Positions 12,801 through 19,938 of a stretch of DNA of 64,000 bases are shown here, piece by piece. The translations under genes were made by a program, and so were the position numbers. The notes under the pieces were generated by a model. That model did no database searches and was not told the origin of the DNA. It saw only the letters and a program-made list of their open reading frames with translations. Position 1 is the first letter of the stretch, and each line of letters opens with the position of its first letter. The DNA comes from a virus (lineage: Duplodnaviria; Caudoviricetes). Where the stretch lies: the IMG/VR virus record IMGVR_UViG_3300032243_001145, positions 51,320 through 115,319 of that record; one strand, given 5' to 3'.

Positions 12801-13972
12801 AATTCTGTTGCAACTTTAGTTGGATTAATAAGTGATGCCATTGCTGATTTAATTGCATTTGCACCTTCTGCAGCGTTTACTCCACCTTCTTTCATTGCTG
12901 TAAGATAAAGTGCTAAATCTTTTACATCTCCGCCCAATGCTTTAATTACTGGACCAGCTTTAGGGATCGCTTCTGTTAAATCTGCAAGACTTGTTGAAGT
13001 TTGGTTTTCAACTGCGTTAAGAAAATCAATTGATTGTGTAAGTTCATCTGTATTCTGTTTAAATGCATTTTGAATAGCAAGAGTTGCTTTCATTGCATCT
13101 GCTCTATCTACTTCACCAAGCACTGCAAGTCTTGTAGTTTGCTGTGTTGCTTGAAGTAATTCATTTCCTTGTTTTCCAGTTGCCGCCAGGTCAGCTGCTA
13201 AAGAAATAGTATCTTTATAAGCAACTCCATATGAGCTAGCAATTTCTCTAGCTGTGGCTGAAACATCTTTTCTAACTTGTGCTAAATCAGCAGAAGATGT
13301 TGCTGCAAGACCACCATAAACTTTTGTTAGTCTTACTAGCTCTGCATCCGCTTCTCTAAAAGCTTTTTGTGCCGCTGCGCCAAATGCAACAAGCGGAACT
13401 GTAAGTCCAACAGTTAATTGACGTCCTGCCCATTGAGTATTTTTACCCCAGTTAATAAGTCCTGTTGCACCATCAAGCATAACTTTATTCATGATTGCTG
13501 CCTCTTGGCGAGCAAGAGCCATCTTGTTCTTTACTTCATCAAGACCTTTTGCAACCATTACGTTATACTGCATTAAACCTTGTGCATTTTTACCAACAGG
13601 TTGAATTATTGCTTGCTCAAGCATTACTTGTTGCTTAGCAAGATCTTTAATTAATGTGCTTGTTTTTCTTGTATGACCATTCCAAACGTTATAATATTCG
13701 TTAAGTTTTAGTCGGCCTTTATCTAAATTCTTACCAAATTTTTCTACGTCTGAAGATAGTGATACAAAATGTTGTGAAAATTGTCCAGTAGAAGTAAGTG
13801 TCGTTGCAAACGACTTGTTCATTACTGCAATTTGGTTTGCGAGTTTTGCGTTTGTGCCAGCAGTAGTTTCTTGCAGTTTTATGAGTTGGGCAGTAACCGC
13901 AGCTAATTGAGCTCTTAAACTCGTGAAGTCTGCGTGGGCGGTAATATTGGTTGTTATTATATTATCTGCCAT
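3887..13972 (-). CDS. Tape measure protein with embedded Zn-peptidase-like and lysozyme-like domains
   Basis: 3361 aa; Ala/Leu-rich helical TP901-type core in the N-terminal part; follows the tail chaperones; HEFGH motif; QEGG...NPLNTT muramidase-like segment. Confidence 0.92.
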   Translation of the reverse strand: MADNIITTNITAHADFTSLRAQLAAVTAQLIKLQETTAGTNAKLANQIAVMNKSFATTLTSTGQFSQHFVSLSSDVEKFGKNLDKGRLKLNEYYNVWNGHTRKTSTLIKDLAKQQVMLEQAIIQPVGKNAQGLMQYNVMVAKGLDEVKNKMALARQEAAIMNKVMLDGATGLINWGKNTQWAGRQLTVGLTVPLVAFGAAAQKAFREADAELVRLTKVYGGLAATSSADLAQVRKDVSATAREIASSYGVAYKDTISLAADLAATGKQGNELLQATQQTTRLAVLGEVDRADAMKATLAIQNAFKQNTDELTQSIDFLNAVENQTSTSLADLTEAIPKAGPVIKALGGDVKDLALYLTAMKEGGVNAAEGANAIKSAMASLINPTKVATELFSGFGIDLRGIVTKDAGDLTQTILDLQSALDQLNPLDKSRAIEQLFGKFQFARMSALFENLGKQGSQTLQVMDLMKASASDLASISERELKLMTESASGQFKRALASVQADLASTGEQFLKISTKVLKVVDAIVKFFQHLPGPVKTFLNVLGGLTAIAGPLIMMAGVMGNFIGYVVKGIFHLRQLAKGGQGFKLLTPEIMAADAAAKGLATSFYSDSEATIVLSNAVNTLAESFINLETKANAAKVSVQPAVSTVAGGVIMAGTPGSGRVVDKDHPLVGSPYSRDMSHLIPSGNPQAGTIFGTVPGAKPVNIRVGRNPQAYMNQDLPKIPGLTSIGGVSTGIVASEAAKWHSMTAAISMQSEEELAILKKEVMATGTITASLSDSYQALLPEFSQITELAAQEVQAIVAEVQANKITVEAARAKIISLNATVEAMLAETAAMTATSMGRTANLTTVPLTSQPVVDPVTGKANMKEMFHKGPTREMVDRIARALAGVRTSGAGYNIETTKPRLNKGGIVPGTGNTDTYHTTAEPGSFVINKAATQKHLPLITNILGSKSYYAQEGGQVPVVLTPGEAVIPASFAQKNMPLMYQLNGGVGNTSGSGMHIRGGLLENKKLALQRTHITEDLSGMALLLPRELNLGVNSNGSGLYGSQIANLIRKTLDAGIDPSSLMNEAAVTLGGDFEQAQRRNSVALQELIAKLESPEYAGKMIGGKGNPFGFEQLAKEIFAPALRGIKIDSSKAGGRRNLYSAISQIFTTRAKEVLTKDDAIRRGLISGSISGSSQKGQIVKRRDGRLTWVSENRTIGSRVPAWARGTNLATLLTTSSGVSHALKIIRRNSGGEISGKFAQRLFNGSPTNQFGIGGLLGNVLKGKAMKRIGAGYGPTGEPKPSTFESAPWGVNSLSIKMAETLFASTGLRKYTQKLFYDKFAAALAKEKPYGYVHMADGTLKRGIEPDALDAVIRSAASDMIGDKFVLKQLSPIDKEILKTKYLNWESRKDTPLTETLKKLIFSLEGRAAGGPVNAGQPYIVGEKGPELFVPRNAGGIVPNNYGIGGQIVAGLGISAIANMIASKITNPLLSMIVQQAGYMLPMMLSPSLGGSTKGIIGRGLTKVGLGKTTTPLAFSNKNPGEMTKFGTALAKAESSGTKFGSMISKVGLGLTRFNLISAVVIGGLLFAKNRWDANTESMRLNALGYGMTEEAAKKAGLRFRDFNKSLKESVETAKAVRQQNQLLYQSMTGSGTPLKITIAEFKKLKKTVKTDFADQIKLIDKTSADDQIALAERLKTMFIGMGMSSEEATKKIYAMYTVSKNFSSSASLYTVSSEGFNKIKTSVDAAAAAIKLYNKTVHEGRDGTEQANAFITANSAILTAIEEQQAEALKKRKKDKTKPTFISTADKNVIMLDAEVAAIEKISKAQRYQKTVSQATLKEMEKTNPVLREIADLHDTNISLMQKQRLIAKGFTLDMRGLSAAQTDQVYRFNIAITKSIESVAKNGFLQKQYKHLDGLKQLQEKYTKAMKGQSVAQQISDRDKLSALQKQIDANNKLADARIKALDAAKKEGDIGREIAKAQARYQAALATGNTADAQQASLDMQGLQSDLQYNAQVKAIEDATTLKNAPLLKQIELIQKKQQDVADAAAYASEKFGDVSKKIDDEESAITKLITAMANYRTAIDAHKDDLAKWKTSPEATSMLAAITEAATAIKVNLTPYPVDPATGKPGVDAATGLMSALETSLIKAGLVVNGDLYINSKKVGGAQVATAGAVADPSNLAGKRTGAGTKNNPYEYSNAAGAKITEKQFMSMPYEQPGSLAEFILPLSGMSNREFINLLQAQMLFLQKNNNKPSYVVGDLIFHHNGSVTRDKAVVGRWFSPLPGGGEKVKSYETGGKVVGPGTGTSDSIPALLSNGEYVIKEKAVRKYGIQHFDNLNAQKFADGGIVNNFLSNQVDTTATSTGESMGGPFGLLGRGMQDLGSLGYEMLQSTINSGKYLAGSAFGKTNWMSAEDEDMYQKAILEYQKGNKAGAYGKIMGRAAMSALNLYPKILPWNKIWAQAGMKDLPGMTEALLANIPSSIPDIYSHYFGKKKRKYAEGGLVPNINRLDIYNPYHESVYKNVGGNDTIDQTKDVLSGKFTDSEKKVSEFMHSWVGLLNTYYGAKYQNLFKMNGKPSLLETPIVTDLEVTDPRNWLSMMGGEPGFSWRDINDPVGTMLYVQPTSTQANLPNIILPDKNNQHLKYQPIPGAKKNFDFKTYSEYINKQILTNDESKMSLLSILNHEFGHSMVTRLKESGIFGNDRISSKLFKDKFGKPLKNEGDGKQYYDMLNEINADLLSGQIMSEMFNAGYMNNIVKSESVTKYLKAHYTKAAPDLSKTNTDIDPHTDDSHPQDSNIRFAAYLQGFKNKNTDIGLADYFGVTPGDLFGDTAKAKAMVADLSNFQLKSNKFDENAQTAMPDLLNTDYAKILGLKISGKPSVKNKALEIRTPHDFGVALITALGGTPTENLLGGIQAWAMQEGGHWQNRALYNPLNTTLEMPGSTKVNTVNAQTGTGVQAYTSWDQGLDAVLQTLKFPNHGYEDIISALTNSKSTDLKEFYSAINKSDWGHPKYTFDINNKLHQRMTKYNPDKPFGTDPNNTNEYYSKLPGQDDGMIILPFNPDKNTDKNTDQPGGNNYDTQEDPWDKPTIPNYWPEGEKFYNPKQTVIDHIEYAYPLIPFKEFNSGTLQTATNQIPKQRTRSGISIAASNGVYNMFKWGGKTWAKAMSSGDEIFELEDFPVTSVAGNKVADATVKNVIDRPYGEPFYYYPNGGIGTTAQKLDLPGTNIPTVFEMLQNTIEKFFLTRNGDTGFKNGKMNRRDTKDFMTFNYNAYPDSILQKFSNGGLAIPKFQTGINNVPANMLAMLHKNEAVIPANMNPFNPNANNATMSGGVYNITNNINGYDGDLEQLSSMVTQKTITAIKTLDARTAKMTGPTMTVGIK

Positions 13973-13981
13973 ATATATATA

Positions 13982-14356
13982 TTACTCTATAGAGTATCCT
14001 AATCCCGCTCCAATACCAAAGCCAGCTTGCGCTGCAAATGAGCCTTGTAATGAAACAACATCATTTGCTGATGTAGTTATTCCTAATGCTCTTCTTTGAA
14101 TATCTTCGAAGGATGATCCCTCCTCTTTTTCATTACTGCTTACATTTAATTCAACGCCCTGAATTGAAGCTAAGAATTTTCTTTTTTCTTCTTCAGTTTT
14201 TTGCATCGATTTAAAAGTCTGGACCATCTCTGGCATTGAAAGACTATCTTCTAGTTCTTCGTAATTTTTCCAATTACCTAGCAGAAAGACTTCCCCCTCT
14301 AAAGCGGCTAGATCTAGTTCTGACCAGCCAGTACTGCTGCCGCTAGTAGGTTTGGG
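13982..14356 (-). CDS. Tail assembly chaperone, -1 frameshift extension (gpT-like)
   Basis: The -1 frame is open from the slippery site at 14350-14356 (PTSGSSTGWSELDLAALEGEVFLLGNWKNYEELEDSLS) into the listed ORF MPEMVQ... Confidence 0.8.
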   Translation of the reverse strand, partial: PKPTSGSSTGWSELDLAALEGEVFLLGNWKNYEELEDSLSMPEMVQTFKSMQKTEEEKRKFLASIQGVELNVSSNEKEEGSSFEDIQRRALGITTSANDVVSLQGSFAAQAGFGIGAGLGYSIE

Positions 14357-14646
14357 TCGTCCATCTTAATTCCACCGCAGACCTCAAGGATTCGGTTGAT
14401 TGTTGGAACGTCAAGTGTATCTTCAAATGCGTCTTTATCTTTAACTAGTTCTGGAAGTTGCTTTTCTAAAGCTACTGCACAGGCCTCAATTAAAATTGTT
14501 AATGTCTCATCTTCTGAGGTTACTTCTGCTGTTTTCTGAATGACTACCATAAACTTACGAAGCTCTTTAATTGTTAAAGGCTTAAGCTTAACTATTGCGC
14601 CATTTTGTAGTTGAATTTCTTCAACGTCGTATACTGTAGTTGCCAA
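14314..14646 (-). CDS. Tail assembly chaperone (gpG-like)
   Basis: 110 aa between the major tail gene and TMP; AGGAGG RBS; ends with slippery C CCA AAC. Confidence 0.85.
   Translation of the reverse strand: MATTVYDVEEIQLQNGAIVKLKPLTIKELRKFMVVIQKTAEVTSEDETLTILIEACAVALEKQLPELVKDKDAFEDTLDVPTINRILEVCGGIKMDDPNLLAAAVLAGQN
14350..14356 (-). other. Programmed -1 ribosomal frameshift site CCCAAAC
   Basis: XXXYYYZ heptamer in the correct phase (C CCA AAC); the -1 frame joins the downstream ORF. Confidence 0.8.
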
Positions 14647-14706
14647 TTTAATCCTCCTAGGATTTTGTCTTAATTATTGTATCATATGCAAAATATAATG
14701 GCAATA

Positions 14707-14736
14707 AGAAACCCCCCAATTTCTTGGGGGGCTTCT
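14707..14736 (-). terminator. Intrinsic terminator after the major tail gene
   Basis: GC-rich hairpin CCCCCCAA/TTGGGGGG followed by a T-rich run on the minus strand. Confidence 0.75.
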
Positions 14737-14754
14737 ATTAATTAATTAAATTAA

Positions 14755-15537
14755 TTAGTTCCAAGTGCGGTCTACGATAATACCGTATTCCTTATTCTTG
14801 TGTGCTGAGTCACCTGATGGTAACAAGCGGAATGTTACTGGGAATGTTGATGCTGCGTTACGAGCCAAAGAGAACTGTGACTGTTGTACAGAAAGAACAC
14901 GACGTCCATAATATACACGCTCTGTTTTAGATGATGCATCTGTTGTTGGAGCCTGTCCAACTGCAATTAGCTGGCGCTCTACTGGAGCTTCTCCAAGTGC
15001 ACCTGCTGCAAGACCAAGTTCTCCTGCTGACTTATTAAGTGTTGCTGAAGACTGACCGAATACAGCAAGAACGTTCTCAAGAGTACCTTCTGCCATTTCT
15101 GTTGCAATCATAACTTCCATTGTCTCCTTGAAAAGCTTTGCTGAGTCAAGAAGCTGATCTACTGTTACTGAACCGTATGATGGGTTATAAGTAATTTGAA
15201 GACCATTATTTGTGTAACCTACGTTACGGTAAGCTGCACCAAGTGTCTGTGAATCTGGGTCAGCTGCATTTAAAGAATCGATGTATGATGATCCTGCTAC
15301 GTAGCCAGTTACTGGTGAACCACTTCCTGCAGCTCCATTTTTGTATGCTGGTACTAATTTGTTTTGTCCTGCAACTGCAGCTACTGCTGCGGTTGGAGTT
15401 GCTGTATTTGATGATGCTGTTGCTGCTGGAATTAAGTTTGGATTGTATCCTGATGTTGTTGAATCTTCTACTGAAAGAAATAGTGGGGATGCGCCAACAA
15501 GAATATTTCTAGCATTACCTGCGTTTTGTGTTGCCAT
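14755..15537 (-). CDS. Major tail (tube) protein
   Basis: Start moved to MATQNAG (CAGGAGG RBS); VGYTNNGLQITY and FPVTFRLL tail-tube-like motifs; position upstream of the chaperones. Confidence 0.85.
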   Translation of the reverse strand: MATQNAGNARNILVGASPLFLSVEDSTTSGYNPNLIPAATASSNTATPTAAVAAVAGQNKLVPAYKNGAAGSGSPVTGYVAGSSYIDSLNAADPDSQTLGAAYRNVGYTNNGLQITYNPSYGSVTVDQLLDSAKLFKETMEVMIATEMAEGTLENVLAVFGQSSATLNKSAGELGLAAGALGEAPVERQLIAVGQAPTTDASSKTERVYYGRRVLSVQQSQFSLARNAASTFPVTFRLLPSGDSAHKNKEYGIIVDRTWN

Positions 15538-15654
15538 GTTGTAAAACCTCCTGTTAAATAAATATATATATATTGACTTACTTTTAAATCTAATCAAAGC
15601 TGGCTAGGCTTTTTCCTCTTAGCTAATTTTACTGCATAACTAGACTAAACGCAA

Positions 15655-16164
15655 CTACTTGAATCTGCCTGTACCGTCGGTGGTCCTTGAGTACTTAACC
15701 TCTAGGATTACGTCGGTAGACATAAAACCTTTAAGCTCTGCTGAAGGCTCTATGGGTGATGTCTCTACGACATGGATGCTGTAGAATATTAATTTATTGG
15801 TGTCTTTTGACTTATTAGCATCCCTGGCCGACTCGTCCATTCTTCTAAATAGGTCCACCATAAGGTTTCTGATTTCATAAATCTCTGTGACATCTGTGGA
15901 GTATATGGTAAACAAAACCTTCTCACAGCATATTAGCCAGTTTTCTTCGTAGGACATCCCTATCTTGTCATAGATTATATGCTTTTTACCGTTTAAGAAT
16001 TGATCCATTTCTGGAGATTGTTGTACTGGAATTATTGGAATTATTTCTTTTCCAAGATTATCTGAATAGTAATCGTAGGCGTCAAATATGCCAGTGGTCT
16101 TTAGCTGTTTCCATAAAAATTTACGAAGCTCAAACATTGCGTCTATTTTATAATCTACTGTCAT
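15655..16164 (-). CDS. Tail terminator/neck protein
   Basis: 169 aa; synteny directly upstream of the tail tube gene. Confidence 0.55.
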   Translation of the reverse strand: MTVDYKIDAMFELRKFLWKQLKTTGIFDAYDYYSDNLGKEIIPIIPVQQSPEMDQFLNGKKHIIYDKIGMSYEENWLICCEKVLFTIYSTDVTEIYEIRNLMVDLFRRMDESARDANKSKDTNKLIFYSIHVVETSPIEPSAELKGFMSTDVILEVKYSRTTDGTGRFK

Positions 16165-16949
16165 AGTGAGCCTCCAAATGCTGATTGTAACGATGCGTCC
16201 GCCTGTAATCTTATTTTACCAGCACTAAAACTATATTGCACTTTTTTTATATTCATTGGTACATTAAGAGCTTTTGTCATTTTTGAATTAAATATTCTTT
16301 GCAATCCTGATGATTTAATTGATGAATTTACTAGTTGCCCGCCAAAAAATCTTCCATATGATAATGAGAATTGATTTGTTGCTTGTGCTCCACCAGGCCT
16401 CTTAACGGTCACAGAAGTGCCTTTGAGCATAAACACTGTTTCACCATCAAGTTCAAATACAAGTCTCTCAGCTGACCTTGGGCGGATTACTACGGGCATT
16501 CCAGTTTCCATCACAAGAGCTTTGTTTGCAAATATATATTTTTTCTTTTGTTTTTTATTTTTAGACGGTACAGAGGATTTAGATAATTTAAAGTCATAAT
16601 TTATTTTAAATGAAAGTCCATCCATGTCTAATCTTGAAAGCTTAAATAGTCTTGCTGTTGGCATGCCTACTTTATTCCATTCATATATATGATGTAAAGA
16701 TCTTGGTTTAATTCTTGCTTGAGAATCAATATAATCTCCAAAATCTTTTTCTATTTGATTAAATATTGTTGTTTTAAATAAATTTTTAAATTCAGCATTT
16801 GTCGTAAGTTTAGATAATACTGCTGCTTCATAATAAAGGAATGCTGATATTTGTGCAACTGTACTATCTCTTAAAATTCCTGGAGATGAGCCTGCCATCA
16901 ATCTTTCAAGTCCGCTGGCAGTTTGTATTAAAGCTACGCTAGAATCCAA
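16161..16949 (-). CDS. Neck/tail-completion protein (hypothetical)
   Basis: Probable TTG start at 16949 (LDSSVAL); basic protein in the head-tail module. Confidence 0.5.
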   Translation of the reverse strand: MDSSVALIQTASGLERLMAGSSPGILRDSTVAQISAFLYYEAAVLSKLTTNAEFKNLFKTTIFNQIEKDFGDYIDSQARIKPRSLHHIYEWNKVGMPTARLFKLSRLDMDGLSFKINYDFKLSKSSVPSKNKKQKKKYIFANKALVMETGMPVVIRPRSAERLVFELDGETVFMLKGTSVTVKRPGGAQATNQFSLSYGRFFGGQLVNSSIKSSGLQRIFNSKMTKALNVPMNIKKVQYSFSAGKIRLQADASLQSAFGGSL

Positions 16950-17364
16950 TTTCCTGATTTTCCGATCTCTTTGCAACGGAGTTGTACGCAAGAACATTAC
17001 CAAATGGATCTGTAATTGGAGTAGATCCTATTATTTCAAATACCGTTGGAGTATTATTTGGATAATTGATTTCTTTCCAAATTATATTGCCATTCATATC
17101 TCTAATATTAGTAACTTTTTCTCTATAAGTTATTTGTTCTGGTGTTCTAATTTCAAGTTTTTGTTCATTTGAATATTTATTGGAAAGGACTTGTTTATCT
17201 CCACTTCTTGATGAGGCTGAATTAGAAACAATTCCTTTTGCAGAACATTGCACAGTTCTTGTAAATATCCATTCTTTTTTAATAGATCCAGTATTTTCAT
17301 CTTGAGTATCTAATTGAAGATAAATATCAGCTTTCATTGACATTAATGAAGTTGCTAGGCTCAT
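16939..17364 (-). CDS. Head closure/stopper protein
   Basis: 141 aa, beta-rich; head-tail module synteny. Confidence 0.55.
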   Translation of the reverse strand: MSLATSLMSMKADIYLQLDTQDENTGSIKKEWIFTRTVQCSAKGIVSNSASSRSGDKQVLSNKYSNEQKLEIRTPEQITYREKVTNIRDMNGNIIWKEINYPNNTPTVFEIIGSTPITDPFGNVLAYNSVAKRSENQEIGF

Positions 17365-17365
17365 T

Positions 17366-18352
17366 TTAGAACGCTACCATTCCATTTAATACATATGGAG
17401 AAAGAAGTTGATCTGCGTATAAGTTTCCTGTGCCTCTATGAGCATCTTCCATAAATTCAAACTTCCAGTCAAATGTGCTAATGTTCTTTATATATTTATC
17501 TTTCCAAGCACGATCTTGATCAAAGAACTGTTTAATCAATATTATACAAGCTTCTTCAACGTTATCTGGGACGGAGGACCAACCAAATCTTCCAGCAATA
17601 GAATATCTATAATCTTTTTTAAATGCGCCAGAATATCCTTGATCATTAATTGTTGGAGGAACAAGGCCGTTAGAAACATAAATCATGTCATCCATTAAAT
17701 CTTGTCTATTAACCCTAATTCCAAAACCAGATTCAGAAATTATTGGATTGTATATCCAATTATGAACATTATTAATATTGTCAACTAAAAGTACATCATT
17801 TTCATATACTTCATGAATTGCATTCATTTTAAATGGCATTGGCAAAATATTTGCACCTGAACCATAAACTATTTGAGTATCATCATAAAGATAAAAAACT
17901 TGATTGGTATAAATTTCAATAAGTTTTCTGGCATATTTTTCTGCCATCTGTAGCTCATGATAAGACTTGTAATTTGGATCAGATGGATCAGTTCCAAAAT
18001 TTAAATCATCAATGATATCTGATATATTAGCGTATGGCGTTACTACATCTGTAAAATATACATGCGAAGCTTGATTACCATTTACCTCATATTGCCATTG
18101 TACTTTAAATTTTCGATTTCTTCGGCATAAATTAAAAGGCAAAATTATCTGATATGTTCCCATATCAGTTTCTAGCTTTGTAGCAGTAAATGTTCCAACT
18201 GGGACATTTGGGTTAACAGTAGGAGATATAGTGTTATCTTCAGTTATATCATATACTACTGCTGTTACATTGTCATCGGCATCTGCTAGTTCCCCGCCCC
18301 AAAATATTTTTGTTTTTATGGGCGAAGTTTGATCTTTGTATATTTCTGCCAT
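17366..18352 (-). CDS. Head-to-tail adaptor/connector
   Basis: C-terminal 'GRFGWSSVPDNVEEACIIL...TGNLYADQLLSPY' is typical of adaptor proteins; downstream of the capsid gene. Confidence 0.65.
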   Translation of the reverse strand: MAEIYKDQTSPIKTKIFWGGELADADDNVTAVVYDITEDNTISPTVNPNVPVGTFTATKLETDMGTYQIILPFNLCRRNRKFKVQWQYEVNGNQASHVYFTDVVTPYANISDIIDDLNFGTDPSDPNYKSYHELQMAEKYARKLIEIYTNQVFYLYDDTQIVYGSGANILPMPFKMNAIHEVYENDVLLVDNINNVHNWIYNPIISESGFGIRVNRQDLMDDMIYVSNGLVPPTINDQGYSGAFKKDYRYSIAGRFGWSSVPDNVEEACIILIKQFFDQDRAWKDKYIKNISTFDWKFEFMEDAHRGTGNLYADQLLSPYVLNGMVAF

Positions 18353-18368
18353 TAACTTATGTTAACGT

Positions 18369-18761
18369 TTAGTTATAGAAGTCTTGAACTTCCTTTGGTG
18401 TCGCTAAACGAAAACCCTCCTCTGAATCAAAGATTTTTTGAGCATCTTCTTCTGACATAGCCACAAAAGGATGATCTTTTGTAAATGTATATCCATGAAT
18501 ATCATATCTCATGTTATCTCTTGTCATACGAACAAGGACTGTATCTTCTGGCTGAGCTTTTGGATCAAATTTAGGAAGAATTTCAATTTCTTCTGTGTCT
18601 TTTTCAATTGCCTCTACTGTACTTTGGTATACACTCCAAGTAACGCCTTCTTCTGCTAGAGCTGCAATAATGTCTTTTTTATTCTTTAGGTTTTCTGTAT
18701 CTACTGCAAAATCTGTTGCAATTACTTTTAATTCAGCTACCTTTAATGTGTCAAACGACAT
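18369..18761 (-). CDS. Hypothetical head-associated protein with N-terminal HeH/SAP-like motif
   Basis: 'LKVAELKVIA...KNKKDIIAAL' helix-extension-helix pattern; AAGGAG RBS. Confidence 0.5.
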   Translation of the reverse strand: MSFDTLKVAELKVIATDFAVDTENLKNKKDIIAALAEEGVTWSVYQSTVEAIEKDTEEIEILPKFDPKAQPEDTVLVRMTRDNMRYDIHGYTFTKDHPFVAMSEEDAQKIFDSEEGFRLATPKEVQDFYN

Positions 18762-18815
18762 ATTTTATTTCTCCTTTTTCTAGGTCCTTTAATTATAGCA
18801 TTGTTAAATTTAAAT

Positions 18816-18847
18816 GAAAAGCCCCCAAAATTAATTGGGGGCCTTTC
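18816..18847 (-). terminator. Intrinsic terminator after the capsid gene
   Basis: GCCCCCAA...TTGGGGGC hairpin plus TTTT on the minus strand. Confidence 0.8.
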
Positions 18848-18867
18848 GGTAGTTAATTCTTATTTAA

Positions 18868-19917
18868 TTAAGAAGCAACCTTAACGTTCTTTACGACTAC
18901 CCAAGCATCAGCTTGTTCAATCTGTACGCCAACTCTTGTGTACATTGTGTACTCAATTGAGTCTTTACGTGGCCAGAAGAAACGGTAAACAGTTACATCA
19001 CGCTTGATACCAATAACAACGTTATTTGGGAATGTCAAGTGGATATCTCCGTGTGAACCTGATGGGCTTGAATATGTACCTGTCTGTGTCTCAGGAAGCA
19101 ATGGAACTTCAACGATTGGAATACCAAATGCGTATGGAGCTACATATCCTGCTGGACCACCAAGAACTGGAACATCACCACGGATGATGCCTGAAGCAAT
19201 ATCCTGTGGAGTAACGTTCTGAATGTTCTGTGAGTTAGAGTATAGGTAATCCTGGATCAAGTTTGATCCTGAAAGGAAGCGAAGGTCTGTACGACGCTGC
19301 TTGTACTTACGTGGGAGTGCCTTAAGAGCTGAGTTAAATACAGCACGAGATATATTAGCACCCGCAGCATCGACAACGTGACCGCTTGTCTTTGCCTTCT
19401 TAATTACACCGTCAAAAGACTTGTATAGTGCATCGCTTGAAAGTGATGTATCTCCGTTTAGGATAACATCTTCAATGTCGTTACCTGCTTGTGTTGCCAT
19501 CATTCTGGCAATGTGATCTTCAAGATCAGCACCTTCAATGTTGTCTTCTAGAGACTCTGTTGAAAGTTCCCAATCCATGCGAAGTTTTTTTGTTGTAAGA
19601 GAGATCTTTGAGAAAGTTACACCGCTGTTAGAAGCTGTGTTTTCGCCTTCTGATGCAAGCTTTACAAGCTTTTCACCAATAGACATACGATCAATCTCTG
19701 TTGTGTCAGCTTTCATTCGGACAGTACGTGCAACTTTACCAATTACGGTAGCATCGAACATATAGTCCAAGAATCGTGCTGATTGTTCTGGGTTTAGAAG
19801 TCCACCATTGCCATTTTCTGAAGCAACGTGTACGCCTGAACCACCAGTTGTTGAGCCGAACCCAGTTGATACTGTTGTACCAGCTGCTGCGGCCTTTTCT
19901 AATAATTCATTACTCAT
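18868..19917 (-). CDS. Major capsid protein (HK97 fold)
   Basis: 349 aa; 'GGLLNPEQSARFLDYM', 'ELSTESLEDNIEG'; downstream of protease/scaffold; strong RBS and terminator. Confidence 0.92.
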   Translation of the reverse strand: MSNELLEKAAAAGTTVSTGFGSTTGGSGVHVASENGNGGLLNPEQSARFLDYMFDATVIGKVARTVRMKADTTEIDRMSIGEKLVKLASEGENTASNSGVTFSKISLTTKKLRMDWELSTESLEDNIEGADLEDHIARMMATQAGNDIEDVILNGDTSLSSDALYKSFDGVIKKAKTSGHVVDAAGANISRAVFNSALKALPRKYKQRRTDLRFLSGSNLIQDYLYSNSQNIQNVTPQDIASGIIRGDVPVLGGPAGYVAPYAFGIPIVEVPLLPETQTGTYSSPSGSHGDIHLTFPNNVVIGIKRDVTVYRFFWPRKDSIEYTMYTRVGVQIEQADAWVVVKNVKVAS

Positions 19918-19938
19918 TTTTATTTCACCTACCTTATT

